DNA of 37,242 bases from an uncultured Spirochaetales bacterium (GTDB lineage: Bacteria; Spirochaetota; Spirochaetia; DAHUYW01). The notes under the pieces are model-generated. The model was not told the origin of the DNA. It made no database searches and saw only the letters and a list, made by a program, of their open reading frames with translations. Where the stretch lies: contig CAZDMH010000034.1 in assembly GCA_964506755.1 (NCBI GenBank), forward strand, positions 1-37,242, written 5' to 3'. Positions within the stretch are counted from its first letter, which is position 1; every line of letters starts with the position of its first letter. The translations under genes were made by a program, and so were the position numbers. This document shows positions 18,715 to 28,984 of this stretch, piece by piece.

Positions 18715-19981
18715 TATCGTCAGTCATCTTCGATTCATCGACCTTCATCCGCAGCAGTAGTATACCGCCGAGAATGAACAGAACGACGATGCTCAGTACC
18801 CCCGCGCGCGAGGTCTTGAAGACCGTCGCACCCAGCCCGAGCAGCGCGGGTCCGATAATTGCAGAGAACTTGCCGAAGATATTGTAGAAACCGAAGAACT
18901 CCGCAGACTTCTCCTTCGGGATGAGCTTGCCGAAGAGCGAGCGGCTGATCGACTGGATTCCTCCCTGTGAAGTGGCGACGAGCATCGAGAGCACCCAGAA
19001 CATGACCGTCTTAGCTCCGGTCGTCGGGAGGGTCGGCAGGAAGAATGCCACGATCGTAATCACGATATAGACTCCGATTCCGACGAGGATCATGAACCTG
19101 GCCGAGGTTCGGTCGGCGAGCCGCCCATAGAGCAGCGCGAACGGGAAAGCGACGATCTGGATGGCGAGAAGAATAACGAGAAGACTGCTCGCGCTGAGCC
19201 CGGCATCGGTACCATAGGCGGTTGCCATCGTAATGATCGTGTCGACTCCGTCGATATAGAAGAAATAGGCAAGAAGGAAGGTGAACACGAGGCGGAAGCC
19301 ACGGATATCGCGCAGCGTGTTGAAGATACGCTCGAAGCTGTCGCGAATCGCATGACCGGTCTTTTCGACGTAGTTGATCTGCTTGACGTTGCGAAGGAAG
19401 GGGATTGTGAACAGCAGCCACCAGAGGGCCGTTACCGCGAAAGCGATGCGGACTGCAGGGACATTTGTGGCAAACCCCAGCATCTTGTAGTTGAGAACGA
19501 CGAGAAGTCCGAGAATGAAGGGGATGGTGCTCCCAATGTAGCCCCAGGCGAAGCCGCTCGCCGAGACCCAGTTCATTCGTTCTCGAGGTGTGACGTCTAC
19601 GATGAAGGAATCGTAGAAGATGTTCGCCCCCGCGAAACCGATGGCCGACAGAACATAGATCAGCAGGGCGGGCAGCCACATTCCCTCCGCCACCAACGTC
19701 AGCCCGACGGTGGCGAGTACCCCCATGAGGAAGAAAGCGGAAAAGAATCGCTTCTTGTAGCTCCGGTAGTCCGCTATCGTTCCAAGAATCGGAGCAAGCA
19801 CTGCGATGATCAGGGTATAGGTCGAATTGCCGAAAGCGAGGAGCGAGGTCGATTCATATCCGGCGAGGCCTCTTGCGGCGAAACTCTTGAAGAATATAGG
19901 GAAGATCGCGGCCGTAACGGTAATCGAATATGCCGAATTGGCCCAATCATACAGGATCCAGCTACGTTCGACTTTTGTCAT
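18695..19981 (-). CDS. MFS transporter, UMF1 (Atg22-like) family
   Basis: MTKVERSWILYDWANSAYSITVTAAIFPIFF is a family-typical N-terminus. The protein has 12 hydrophobic segments. Confidence 0.85.
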   Translation of the reverse strand: MTKVERSWILYDWANSAYSITVTAAIFPIFFKSFAARGLAGYESTSLLAFGNSTYTLIIAVLAPILGTIADYRSYKKRFFSAFFLMGVLATVGLTLVAEGMWLPALLIYVLSAIGFAGANIFYDSFIVDVTPRERMNWVSASGFAWGYIGSTIPFILGLLVVLNYKMLGFATNVPAVRIAFAVTALWWLLFTIPFLRNVKQINYVEKTGHAIRDSFERIFNTLRDIRGFRLVFTFLLAYFFYIDGVDTIITMATAYGTDAGLSASSLLVILLAIQIVAFPFALLYGRLADRTSARFMILVGIGVYIVITIVAFFLPTLPTTGAKTVMFWVLSMLVATSQGGIQSISRSLFGKLIPKEKSAEFFGFYNIFGKFSAIIGPALLGLGATVFKTSRAGVLSIVVLFILGGILLLRMKVDESKMTDDISPAAG

Positions 19982-20107
19982 CTTGCCTCCCGATGCATCT
20001 TACGGGCGACCTCCAACGCTGTCAATTAAGGGGGGCGTGCCGACAGGGAATGGATTTCCCCACGGTCACACCGTATAATCGAATCAAGACGCCACTTGGA
20101 GGAAATT

Positions 20108-21529
20108 ATGGACACTCAGAAGACAACCTTTGCACTGTTCTTTGGCAATCGCGCGTTTTTCCCCTCATCGCTCATGGAAACTGCGAGAAAGGAGCTGGTC
20201 GAGGTGCTGCACAATCTCGGACACGAGACCATGCTCATCGACAGCGGGGCGGTACCTCACGGCGCGGTAGAGACGGTCGAGCACGGTCGAATCTATGCCG
20301 AGTTTCTCCGGAAGAACCGTGGTAAGTTCGGCGGAGTAATACTCTCACTTCCCAATTTCGGCGACGAGAACGGAGCCGCAGCGGCGCTGAAAGAGGCCGG
20401 TGTCCCGATACTGGTCCAGGCCTACCCGGACGAGATGGATAAGCTCGGGCCGAAGGAGCGGCGAGATTCGTTCTGCGGGAAGCTGTCGATAATGGATGTC
20501 TTCAAGCAGGTAGGTATCCCCTTTACGAACCTGAAACCGCATACAGTTCACCCGCGCAGTGAGGCGTTCGCGAAAAATGTGGACACCTTCGACCGTATCT
20601 GCCGCATCGTCGGCGGGATGAAGAATATGGTCGTCGGCGCAGTCGGCGCCCGGACTACGCCGTTCAAGACCGTACGCGTAGACGAGCTCGCCCTGCAGCG
20701 CCATGGGATAACCGTAGAGACGATTGACCTCTCGGAAGTATTCACTCGCATGGACCACCTTCGTTCCTCCAAGGGCTCATTCAAGGAGAAGATGGCTCAT
20801 CTTCGGGAGGTTGCCAATTGGGGAAGTGCTCCTGAGACCGCACTCGTGAGCCTCGCCAAGCTCGGGGTAGTACTGGACGAAATGGTCGAGGAGTTTCACA
20901 TGGACGCGATGGCGATTCGGTGTTGGACCGAGCTGCAGATGAAATACGGCATATCACCATGCCTGGTAACGGGTGACCTCGCCGAGCATGCGGTCCCGAC
21001 CGCCTGCGAGGTCGACATCGCGAACGCTGTGACGATGTACGCTCTCCAACGCGTCTCGGGCGAGGCGGCAGGAATCTTGGATTGGAACAACAATTACGGT
21101 GAGGAAGAAGAAAAATGCATCCTCTTTCATTGCGGCAACGTCCCCAAGAGCCTCATGGCCGCGAAAGGAACTGTCAGCGACCATCTCATCATCCAGAACA
21201 CTCTCGGACCAGGACACGGATTCGGCTGCAACGTCGGCCGCATCCGCCCTATGCCCTTCACCTACGGCAGCATGATGACGGAGGCGGGAGAGCTCAATTT
21301 CTATGTGGGGACGGGCCGTATTACCGAAGACGATTTCTCGAAGGACTTCTTCGGCTGCGCCGGCGTCGCGGAGATCCCCAAGCTGCAGGACATTCTCCAA
21401 TGGATCGGTCGTACCGGACACCGGCACCACGTGAGCATCACCCCCGGACACTATGCAGCGCCGGTTGTGGAGGCGTTCGAGCGCTATCTGGGTTATAGGG
21501 TAACCGGGTTCGGCGAGGTCGATTGCTGA
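20108..21529 (+). CDS. L-fucose/L-arabinose isomerase family protein
   Basis: The ATG at 20108 has a GGAGGA RBS. The TTG at 20096 in the ORF track is unlikely. The C-terminal domain …CILFHCGNVP…HHVSITPGHYA… resembles the FucI/AraA C-terminus. The family assignment is moderately confident. Confidence 0.65.
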   Translation: MDTQKTTFALFFGNRAFFPSSLMETARKELVEVLHNLGHETMLIDSGAVPHGAVETVEHGRIYAEFLRKNRGKFGGVILSLPNFGDENGAAAALKEAGVPILVQAYPDEMDKLGPKERRDSFCGKLSIMDVFKQVGIPFTNLKPHTVHPRSEAFAKNVDTFDRICRIVGGMKNMVVGAVGARTTPFKTVRVDELALQRHGITVETIDLSEVFTRMDHLRSSKGSFKEKMAHLREVANWGSAPETALVSLAKLGVVLDEMVEEFHMDAMAIRCWTELQMKYGISPCLVTGDLAEHAVPTACEVDIANAVTMYALQRVSGEAAGILDWNNNYGEEEEKCILFHCGNVPKSLMAAKGTVSDHLIIQNTLGPGHGFGCNVGRIRPMPFTYGSMMTEAGELNFYVGTGRITEDDFSKDFFGCAGVAEIPKLQDILQWIGRTGHRHHVSITPGHYAAPVVEAFERYLGYRVTGFGEVDC

Positions 21530-21590
21530 ACTCGGCAATTTTCGCTATCATTACGCAGCGTCGGATCGACATCGCAAAGGAGATGCCTGA

Positions 21591-22781
21591 ATGACTACGA
21601 GACAGATCAGCGAGAATATCTATGCTCTTTCGGTCGACGACCGGACTACATCGCTCTTCGAAGGCCTGTGGCCGATCAGCAAGGAGGGCGTTACCTATAA
21701 CTCCTATCTGATACGGGATAAGAAAAACGTCGTAATCGATATGACCAGGGAATTCAAGTCGGACACGCTCATAGAGGCGATTTCCAAGGTCGTGGAGCTC
21801 AAGAAGATTGACTACGTCGTCGTGAACCATATGGAGCCGGATCATACCGGGGCGCTCAAGACCCTGACGCGAATCGCGCCGGATGTGGAGATCATTTGCA
21901 CCCCGACGGCAACTCCGATGCTCGACTCCTTCTACGGGATTCGAAGCCACATCCGCGAGGTCGAAGACGGCGCGACCCTATCGATCGGAGAGAAGGAGCT
22001 TTCGTTTCACCACACGCCGCTCGTCCACTGGCCGGAAACAATGGTCACCTACGACGCCTCGAGCGGCACGATGTTCTCCTGCGACATCTTCGGCGGCTAT
22101 GGGGCAATGACCGAGGTGTTGTTCGACGATGAATGCTCCGACATGGACGCTTATACTGCGGAGTCGTTGCGCTACTATTCGAACATCATCGCAAAGTTCT
22201 CGCCTCAGGTCTCGAAGATGATCGACAAGCTCAAGGCGCTCACCCCGAAAATCGTGGCCCCTGCGCACGGTCTCGTCTGGCGCAAGAATCCGGCGAAGGT
22301 CATCGACCTGTATAAGAGATGGGCAGACTATGCCACCGGCAAGGGCGAGCGCGGGGTTACCTTGATCTACGCCTCGATGTACGGCAATACCGCACAGGTG
22401 ACGAATGCCGTCGTTCGGGGACTGCAATCGGTATCGGTGCCGGTCAACGTCTTCGACGTCTCTCAGACTCACCTCAGCTACATTCTCCCGTCGCTGTGGA
22501 CCAACGCCGGCGTCATCATCGGATCGCCCACCTACGAGGGGAACATCTTCCCGGCGGTGAAACACGCATTGATCGACGCAGGGGCGAAGCACTTCTTCAA
22601 CAAGACCGCGGCGTTCTTCGGCAGCTGGTCGTGGAGCAGTGGCGCGCTGCGGGAGGTGAAGGAGCTCGTCGAGCCGTTCAAATGGAAGGTGGTTAACGAT
22701 TTGGAGTTCGAGGGGGCAGCGAAAGAATCGGTCCTCGACGACGCCTTCAAGCTCGGCGCATCTTTCGGAAAGAAGCTGTAG
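21591..22781 (+). CDS. FprA-family flavodiiron protein (A-type flavoprotein; O2/NO reductase)
   Basis: The metallo-beta-lactamase-like domain has the di-iron motif HMEPDH. The C-terminal flavodoxin domain contains LIYASMYGNT. An AAGGAG RBS is present. Confidence 0.9.
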   Translation: MTTRQISENIYALSVDDRTTSLFEGLWPISKEGVTYNSYLIRDKKNVVIDMTREFKSDTLIEAISKVVELKKIDYVVVNHMEPDHTGALKTLTRIAPDVEIICTPTATPMLDSFYGIRSHIREVEDGATLSIGEKELSFHHTPLVHWPETMVTYDASSGTMFSCDIFGGYGAMTEVLFDDECSDMDAYTAESLRYYSNIIAKFSPQVSKMIDKLKALTPKIVAPAHGLVWRKNPAKVIDLYKRWADYATGKGERGVTLIYASMYGNTAQVTNAVVRGLQSVSVPVNVFDVSQTHLSYILPSLWTNAGVIIGSPTYEGNIFPAVKHALIDAGAKHFFNKTAAFFGSWSWSSGALREVKELVEPFKWKVVNDLEFEGAAKESVLDDAFKLGASFGKKL

Positions 22782-22835
22782 AGCAGGAGAAACTCATGGG
22801 GCCGGAGCGGCACGATGTCGCCCCCGCTCCACCGA

Positions 22836-23879
22836 TTACGCAGTCCGCGGTCTCTGTCTGAGAAGCGCCGACAGCGCCCTGAAGCTGAGCAGTCTTCCGC
22901 TCCGCTCATCCCAGATGTTCAACCGCACTGAGCCGAGGCTCCGCCTGATCGTAAGTGGGTTCACGAGCCGCAATTCCGGTATGGCGTCGAGGCAGCGTTG
23001 AAGGTTGTAGTTCGGTATGCGCGGGCGCAGATGGTGGACATGGTGAAGCCCGATACTCCCGGTAATCCACTGCAAGACCCTCGGAAGCTTGTAGTAGGAG
23101 CTTCCTTCCATGGCTGCCTCCATCGACGCCCAGTCTTCAGTCCTGGCCCAGTAGGAGGGGTCGAACTGGTGCTGGACGTAGAAGAGCCATATCCCGGCAA
23201 TTCCGCCGAAATAGATGATCGGCAGCTGTATCAGCAGATAGGTCTTGATGCCGATCGTGAAGGCAATGGCGAGGATTATCGCCGCGATGACAACGTCGGT
23301 AAACACCACATTCAGAATCTGCTTTCTGCTCGAATGCGGCCCCGGTATGCGGTTCATGATGAGGAACATCGCGATTGGCCCGAGACCGAACATTACGAAG
23401 GGGTTTCGCACGAATCGATAGAGAAATCGACGCAAGGGCGTCGACGCGGCATACTCTTCAACAGTCATTGTCCAGACATCCCCGATACCCCTCCGATCGA
23501 GATTTCCGGCGGTGGAATGATGCACGCCGTGTGAATGACGCCACTCCGAGAAGGGAGTGAAGGTCAGAACCCCGAGGACGTTCCCGAGGATGGTGATTGC
23601 TCGCCGGGAGCGCAGATACGATCCGTGAACGCAATCGTGGAAGAAGATAAATAGCCGCACGAGCAACGCACCCGCCGGTATCCCGAGAAGTATCGTACTC
23701 CAAACCGGCCAATTCCATCTCGTTGTGACGTACATCAGCACCACCAGACCCAGGTAGGGAACAAGCGTGTTGATGAGCTGCCAGGCGGCCTTTCGAGCAC
23801 TCGGTTCTTCAAACCGCTTCAGCGCGCGGGTCCACTCGGGACGCCCTTCGCGCCGGCCCGATGTTTCCTTCTTTTCCAT
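22836..23879 (-). CDS. Membrane fatty-acid (acyl-lipid) desaturase
   Basis: Three His boxes are present: HDCVH, HSHGVHH and HHVHH. The protein is polytopic. Confidence 0.9.
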   Translation of the reverse strand: MEKKETSGRREGRPEWTRALKRFEEPSARKAAWQLINTLVPYLGLVVLMYVTTRWNWPVWSTILLGIPAGALLVRLFIFFHDCVHGSYLRSRRAITILGNVLGVLTFTPFSEWRHSHGVHHSTAGNLDRRGIGDVWTMTVEEYAASTPLRRFLYRFVRNPFVMFGLGPIAMFLIMNRIPGPHSSRKQILNVVFTDVVIAAIILAIAFTIGIKTYLLIQLPIIYFGGIAGIWLFYVQHQFDPSYWARTEDWASMEAAMEGSSYYKLPRVLQWITGSIGLHHVHHLRPRIPNYNLQRCLDAIPELRLVNPLTIRRSLGSVRLNIWDERSGRLLSFRALSALLRQRPRTA

Positions 23880-24146
23880 AGTAATCTACTTCCTCACCGA
23901 CAGAGATCCACGCGCCGGTACAGATCCGATACCATGAAGCATATCACCGTCAGGACATCACGAATAGCGGCGCGCTACGCACAGAGACTGACCTCTCTCC
24001 GCCAAGAAGGTTGCACTACAATTGCACCCGTCGGTCCGTCCTCGCCTTGATTGTATCGCCGTATCTTCGTACCTTGAAAGTCAAAGGTAATCAACGGAGG
24101 TAGAGAGCCGAGCCGCCTGGGTGGCTTGGAACGGCTCGAAAGGAAG

Positions 24147-24884
24147 ATGAGACTATTCGAAACTGCCGAAGCCCTCGAGCTGCGGATGAACTTTGCGGGC
24201 AATGACAGCATTATCTACCCTGTACTGTTCTTCGATCGCCCCGACAACATGACGCTCGTGGACGCAGGACTTCCCGGGCAGGGCACGGCGATCAAGGAGA
24301 TCGTTAAGCAACTCGGGCTGAAGATGTCCAACATCCGCCGGCTGATCCTGACCCATCAGGATATCGACCATATCGGAGGGGCGGCCGAGATCGTCCAGGA
24401 AACCGGTGCCGAAGTCATGGCTCACGCAGATGATGTCCCCTATATTCAGGGTGAGCAGCAGCTCATCAAATTCAATCCGGAGCGAATCGAAACCATGCTG
24501 CAGAGCCTGCCGGAGGAGCGTAGAGACGCGGCACGCCGCCTGTTCAGCTCTCCGCCCCGAGTTCGAGTCGACCGAACTCTCAAGGACGGCGATGAGCTTC
24601 CTCAGCATGGAGGGCTTCAAATTATCTACACGCCGGGACATACCCCCGGGCATATCAGCCTCTTTGTGAGGTCCCACGGACTTCTCGTGTCCGGTGACGC
24701 CCTTCGGGTGGAAGACAACAAGCTCGTTGGACCGGCCGCCGGCGCAACGCCGGACATGCAGACCGCAGTCGCCTCTGTCGCGAAGCTCCAATCCCTGCCG
24801 ATCGATCGGGTAATCTGCTACCACGGCGGGCTTTCACCTGAAGGCGCCGCCGAGCGAATCCGGGAGATCGCTCGGGGCGAATAG
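24147..24884 (+). CDS. MBL-fold metallo-hydrolase
   Basis: The metal motif is THQDIDHIGG, an HxHxDH variant with D in place of the second H. A C-terminal GHTPGH is present. GAAAGGA precedes the ATG at 24147. The start at 24126 is a TTG. Confidence 0.8.
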   Translation: MRLFETAEALELRMNFAGNDSIIYPVLFFDRPDNMTLVDAGLPGQGTAIKEIVKQLGLKMSNIRRLILTHQDIDHIGGAAEIVQETGAEVMAHADDVPYIQGEQQLIKFNPERIETMLQSLPEERRDAARRLFSSPPRVRVDRTLKDGDELPQHGGLQIIYTPGHTPGHISLFVRSHGLLVSGDALRVEDNKLVGPAAGATPDMQTAVASVAKLQSLPIDRVICYHGGLSPEGAAERIREIARGE

Positions 24885-24901
24885 CCTGACCCTCATACGT
24901 C

Positions 24902-25366
24902 CTACGAGTCTCTCTCTTCCAGCGGCAGCTTAACGACCACCTTCTTTACATGACCCGGCGCATCCACCTCGATCGAGGGCATGTGAGCATCCTGGGGGAA
25001 AAGCAGCAGAAACGCACCGGGTCGCATCAGCAGTCGCGAGCCGGGCTCACCGCGGTAGAAGGCGCAATCGTCCTCCGCACGGTAGGGCTGGGTCTCCGTC
25101 AGCAGGCCCGGATGCGAAACGTAGATCCACTCCTCACCGGCAACGACGAACTGGACATCCGCGTAGCTCCGGTGAGTCTCGTACTCTCCGACCTCGAGCC
25201 TTTTGGTCACGTAGGTCTGCACTGAGGCGAAAGCGCCCCCGGACAGCTCATGCCGCCCGTCCTGAAGATCGGGCAGGTCGGATCGACTCAGGAACGTCAC
25301 CGCCATGCCGAGCAGAGGGTGAACCGCGAGGTAGCTTCCCGCGCGGTCGAGTCTGTCGTAAATCAT
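24902..25366 (-). CDS. YhcH/YjgK/YiaL (DUF386) family protein
   Basis: MIYDRLDRAGSYLAVHPLL… and the overall pattern are typical of DUF386 sugar-pathway accessory proteins. Confidence 0.7.
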   Translation of the reverse strand: MIYDRLDRAGSYLAVHPLLGMAVTFLSRSDLPDLQDGRHELSGGAFASVQTYVTKRLEVGEYETHRSYADVQFVVAGEEWIYVSHPGLLTETQPYRAEDDCAFYRGEPGSRLLMRPGAFLLLFPQDAHMPSIEVDAPGHVKKVVVKLPLEERDS

Positions 25367-25453
25367 TTTCCTCTCTCCCGTAGGTCAAGACTCAGCTAAT
25401 CAACACGCTCGATTATACTTCACGGCGTTCGCATTCTGTACTATCATCGTGGT

Positions 25454-26494
25454 GTGATGAAAGCACTTATGCTCACCGATTATAACCGACTCGAATACAC
25501 TGACGTAGAGGAAGCCAGGGCCGGTGTTGATGAGGTTCTCGTTCGCGTCAAGGCTTGCGGAATCTGCGGCAGCGACGTTCACGGGATGGACGGCTCGAGT
25601 GGTCGGAGGATCCCCCCCATCATCATGGGCCACGAGGCGGCCGGGGTCATCGCCGAGGTCGGGGCTTCGGTGAAGGCGTGGAAGGTCGGCGATCGGGTCA
25701 CCTTCGATTCCACAGTCTACTGCGGGGAGTGCTGGTACTGTCGCCGCGGAGACATCCACCTCTGCGACAATCGACGAGTCCTCGGGGTCTCGTGCGAAGA
25801 CTACCGCCGCCACGGTGCATTCGCCGAGTACGTTGCCGTACCCGAACGTATCCTCTACGCCCTGCCGGAGGGGCTTCCCTTCGAGCAGGCGGCGTTGAGC
25901 GAACCGCTCTCGATAGCCGTACATGCGGCGAACCGTACCCGGATCTCGATCGGCGATACGGCAGTCGTGGCCGGAACGGGTATGATCGGCCTGCTGGTCG
26001 TCCAGGTGCTTCGAAACGCCGGATGCAAGACGATAATCGCGATAGACCTGGAGGACGAGAAGCTCGAGCTCGCGAAACAGCTTGGGGCGAACGTAGGGCT
26101 CAATCCGCGCAGCTGTGATCCGGCAGACCAAGTCAGGAAGCTTACCGGGGGCCGCGGGGCGGACATTGCCTTCGAGGTGGTCGGAATAGGGGCGACCCTC
26201 GGCATCGCCATCGATTCACTTCGAAAGGGAGGAATCCTCACGCTGGTAGGCAACCTCACGGCGATCGACGACTTTCCCCACCAATCCGTGGTGACCCGAG
26301 AGATTAGCCTCGGTGGCTCATGCGCTTCCCGCGGCGAATACCCGACCTCAATCGAGCTGATCCGAAGCGGCGCTATCGACACGGCCGCGCTCGTGAGTCG
26401 AACCGCACCGCTTTCCGAAGGGGCACACTGGTTCGACCGGCTGAGCAAGAAAGAACCCGGCCTTCTGAAGGTAATCCTGATACCCGGGGAGTAG
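25454..26494 (+). CDS. Zn-dependent medium-chain alcohol/polyol dehydrogenase (sorbitol/threonine-DH-like)
   Basis: The catalytic Zn site is GICGSDVHG. The structural Zn site is CGECWYCRRGDIHLC. The Rossmann motif is VVAGTGMIGL. Confidence 0.9.
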   Translation: MMKALMLTDYNRLEYTDVEEARAGVDEVLVRVKACGICGSDVHGMDGSSGRRIPPIIMGHEAAGVIAEVGASVKAWKVGDRVTFDSTVYCGECWYCRRGDIHLCDNRRVLGVSCEDYRRHGAFAEYVAVPERILYALPEGLPFEQAALSEPLSIAVHAANRTRISIGDTAVVAGTGMIGLLVVQVLRNAGCKTIIAIDLEDEKLELAKQLGANVGLNPRSCDPADQVRKLTGGRGADIAFEVVGIGATLGIAIDSLRKGGILTLVGNLTAIDDFPHQSVVTREISLGGSCASRGEYPTSIELIRSGAIDTAALVSRTAPLSEGAHWFDRLSKKEPGLLKVILIPGE

Positions 26495-26503
26495 AGAGGG
26501 AAG

Positions 26504-27289
26504 ATGAAGGAGTTCGATCTCACCGGCCGAGTCGCGATCGTCACCGGAGCGAGCAGAGGTCTCGGTCAGTACTTCGGCAGGGCGCTGGCCCGAGCCGGAG
26601 CAGACCTCGTAGTCACGAGCCGTCATCGGGAAGCTCTTTCCGACTACGCCGAGGAGATCCGCGGGCTCGGGCGAAAGGTGCTGCCCCTCGCACTCGACGT
26701 CCGCGATTACGATAGCATTCGGCAGATGTCGAGAGCGGCGGAGGCTGAATACGGCAGGGTGGACATTCTCGTCAACAATGCCGGGTGCAACGTGCGAAAG
26801 AGGGCGCTCGAGGTTACCTGGGAAGAATGGAACCTCGTCCTGGACACGAACCTTCGGGGAGCCTTCTTCGTGGCGCAGGCGGTCGCCGAGGTAATGAAGA
26901 AGGCGGGTTACGGAAGGATCATCAACATCGGGTCGGTGACAGCTGTCGCCGGGTACGCGGGGTTGGGGCCCTACGGCGCGAGCCGGGGGGGCATCAAACA
27001 GCTTACCATGAGTCTCGCGCATGATTGGGGCGAATACGGAATTACGGTGAACTGCTTGGCGCCGGGATGGTTCAAAACGGCGCAGAACGCCGTGCTGTAC
27101 GAGGATGCGGAGTGGGTCGAGTACCTCACTGAGCGCATTCCAATAGGACGCCCGGGAGCACCGAATGATCTGGACGGTGCGGTCGTCTTTCTCGCCTCAG
27201 AGGGGAGCCGCTACATTACCGGTCAGACCCTGCTCGTCGACGGAGGTATATCGGTAGGTGCACTGCGCGCGATTCCGCAGCAGAGATAG
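26504..27289 (+). CDS. SDR-family oxidoreductase (gluconate-5-DH/KduD-like)
   Basis: Motifs TGASRGLG and NNAG are present. The active-site motif YGASR has Arg in place of the usual Lys of YxxxK. APGWFKT is also present. Confidence 0.9.
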   Translation: MKEFDLTGRVAIVTGASRGLGQYFGRALARAGADLVVTSRHREALSDYAEEIRGLGRKVLPLALDVRDYDSIRQMSRAAEAEYGRVDILVNNAGCNVRKRALEVTWEEWNLVLDTNLRGAFFVAQAVAEVMKKAGYGRIINIGSVTAVAGYAGLGPYGASRGGIKQLTMSLAHDWGEYGITVNCLAPGWFKTAQNAVLYEDAEWVEYLTERIPIGRPGAPNDLDGAVVFLASEGSRYITGQTLLVDGGISVGALRAIPQQR

Positions 27290-27299
27290 GAGGAGCGGC

Positions 27300-28163
27300 A
27301 TGTCCAAGCCACCAAACTTCAAGCAGGAGCTCGTCGGGGTATTCGGCAAACCGGTCTCCGAGAACCCGACACAGGCTATGATCGAGGCGGCCTTTCGCCA
27401 CCACGGACTGGACTGGAGATACTTGACGATCGAGGTCGATCCTGCCGACCTCGCCGACGCGGTGCGCGGTGCGCGGGTGATGGGGTTTGCCGGCTTCAAC
27501 TGCACGATTCCGCATAAGGTTGCGGTAATCCCCTACCTCGATGGCTTGGGAGAGTCGGCCGACCTGATGGGGGCAGTCAACTGCGTCGTGCGTCGCGGCG
27601 ATCGGTTCGTCGGCGAAAACACAGACGGCAAAGGCTTCGTCAAGTCACTTCGGGAGATCGTGGACCCGCAGGGCAAGCGGGTCGTGATATTCGGAGCGGG
27701 CGGCGCATCAAGGGCAATCGCCGTCGAGACCGCTCTCGCGGGTGCCGCTCAGATAACCATCATCAACCGAAGTGAGGCCCGGGGCAGGGAGCTGCGAGAT
27801 CTGCTCGAGAGTAAGCTCCGCCTCTCTGCGGAGTTCGTTCCCTGGACAACCGCTGTTGCGATTCCGAAGGGAACCGACGTTCTGATCAACGCCACCTCGA
27901 TTGGTCTCTACCCGGATATCGACGCTCGGCTGCCAATCGATTTCGATTCCGTCGATCCGCACATGGTAGTAGCGGATGTCATTCCCAATCCTCCGAAGAC
28001 CCATCTGGTGAGGCTCGCCCATGAGCGTGGCTGCCGGGTAATCGACGGCTTGGGGATGCTGGTCAACCAGGGCGTAATCGGGCTGAAATACTGGACCGGG
28101 ATTGACGCAGACCCGAGCGTCATGCGCGGTGCACTGGAGGCGATATTCTCCGACACGATGTGA
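27300..28163 (+). CDS. Shikimate/quinate dehydrogenase family (AroE-like)
   Basis: The ATG at 27300 has a TAGGAGGA RBS overlapping the SDR stop codon. Motifs NCTIPHK, GAVNCV and GAGGASRAI are present. The canonical N-terminal GxPxxHSxSP motif is replaced by GKPVSENPTQ. Confidence 0.8.
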   Translation: MSKPPNFKQELVGVFGKPVSENPTQAMIEAAFRHHGLDWRYLTIEVDPADLADAVRGARVMGFAGFNCTIPHKVAVIPYLDGLGESADLMGAVNCVVRRGDRFVGENTDGKGFVKSLREIVDPQGKRVVIFGAGGASRAIAVETALAGAAQITIINRSEARGRELRDLLESKLRLSAEFVPWTTAVAIPKGTDVLINATSIGLYPDIDARLPIDFDSVDPHMVVADVIPNPPKTHLVRLAHERGCRVIDGLGMLVNQGVIGLKYWTGIDADPSVMRGALEAIFSDTM

Positions 28164-28197
28164 AGATCTTCAGTGCGGTGCACGTGACGCCGCGCGC

Positions 28198-28830
28198 CTA
28201 CTCGCTCAGACGAAATGGCGGGTAGGTATCGGTGGTCAGCAGGAATGCATAGGCAGCGACCCGCACCTCCCAACGCAGCACCCCGACCACGAAATTGAAC
28301 AAAGGGCGCGGATAGCGACCCGCGAAGAGGATGGCGAACCACGCGATAATGACGCACACGACTGCCGCCAGGAAAAGAAATACCAAAACGAAGTAGTGGG
28401 GAATCGCGAGAAACCACTTCACGAGCGGTAGCCCCTGGTGCAACTCCTCGGCGACGTTCGGGTAGGTAATCCCGAGGTGGACAGCCTGCTCCGAATCGGT
28501 CGACGGGTATTCGTCACGCAGCAGTGCCCCGTAGGCGACCACTCGCATGCTGAAGCTGAGCAGAGCGAGGTTCCAATCGAACCACCATCGCGGATACTTG
28601 CCGCGGAAGAGGATCATCAGAAGCGTCGGAACGAAGATAATTCCACCCACGGCGTAGACAGCGTGAACCGCCTCATGGCGGAAACCGGGACTTGACCCCG
28701 AGATGAGCCCCAGGACGATCGCAATCGGGATGATGACGATCGGCCGGAAGAAGCTGGTGAGTCGGTCACGTTTCTCATCGGGATAATCGACCGTCAGAGA
28801 AGCCGGGTAAGCGGGCACGACATCGGACAT
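28198..28830 (-). CDS. DUF4389-domain membrane protein
   Basis: YPASLTVDYPDEKRDRLTSFFRPIVIIPIAIVLGL… is a family-typical opening. An AAGGAGGT RBS is present. Confidence 0.7.
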   Translation of the reverse strand: MSDVVPAYPASLTVDYPDEKRDRLTSFFRPIVIIPIAIVLGLISGSSPGFRHEAVHAVYAVGGIIFVPTLLMILFRGKYPRWWFDWNLALLSFSMRVVAYGALLRDEYPSTDSEQAVHLGITYPNVAEELHQGLPLVKWFLAIPHYFVLVFLFLAAVVCVIIAWFAILFAGRYPRPLFNFVVGVLRWEVRVAAYAFLLTTDTYPPFRLSE

Positions 28831-28984
28831 GTGATACCTCCTTCTTCAGTGCTCCCGTCCCTCGACGTCGGGCCCAAGCGGATCGCCCGCCGCCGGATCG
28901 AGCCGGGTAGCGCTCTTTCGGCATTTCAGGCGGATAAATCGTCACATTTGATGTTTTATGCAGGAGTGGTGCCGGTGTTTGCCG

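Noticed and set aside
22799-22829. Hairpin GGAGCGG…CCGCTCC between the convergent FprA and desaturase genes as a bidirectional terminator
   Set aside because: It has a 13-nt loop and no U-tract on either strand. Low confidence.
24009-24027. Possible sigma54 promoter (TTGCAC-N5-TTGCA)
   Set aside because: The invariant -24 GG is missing (TT instead). It was reported instead as a direct repeat.
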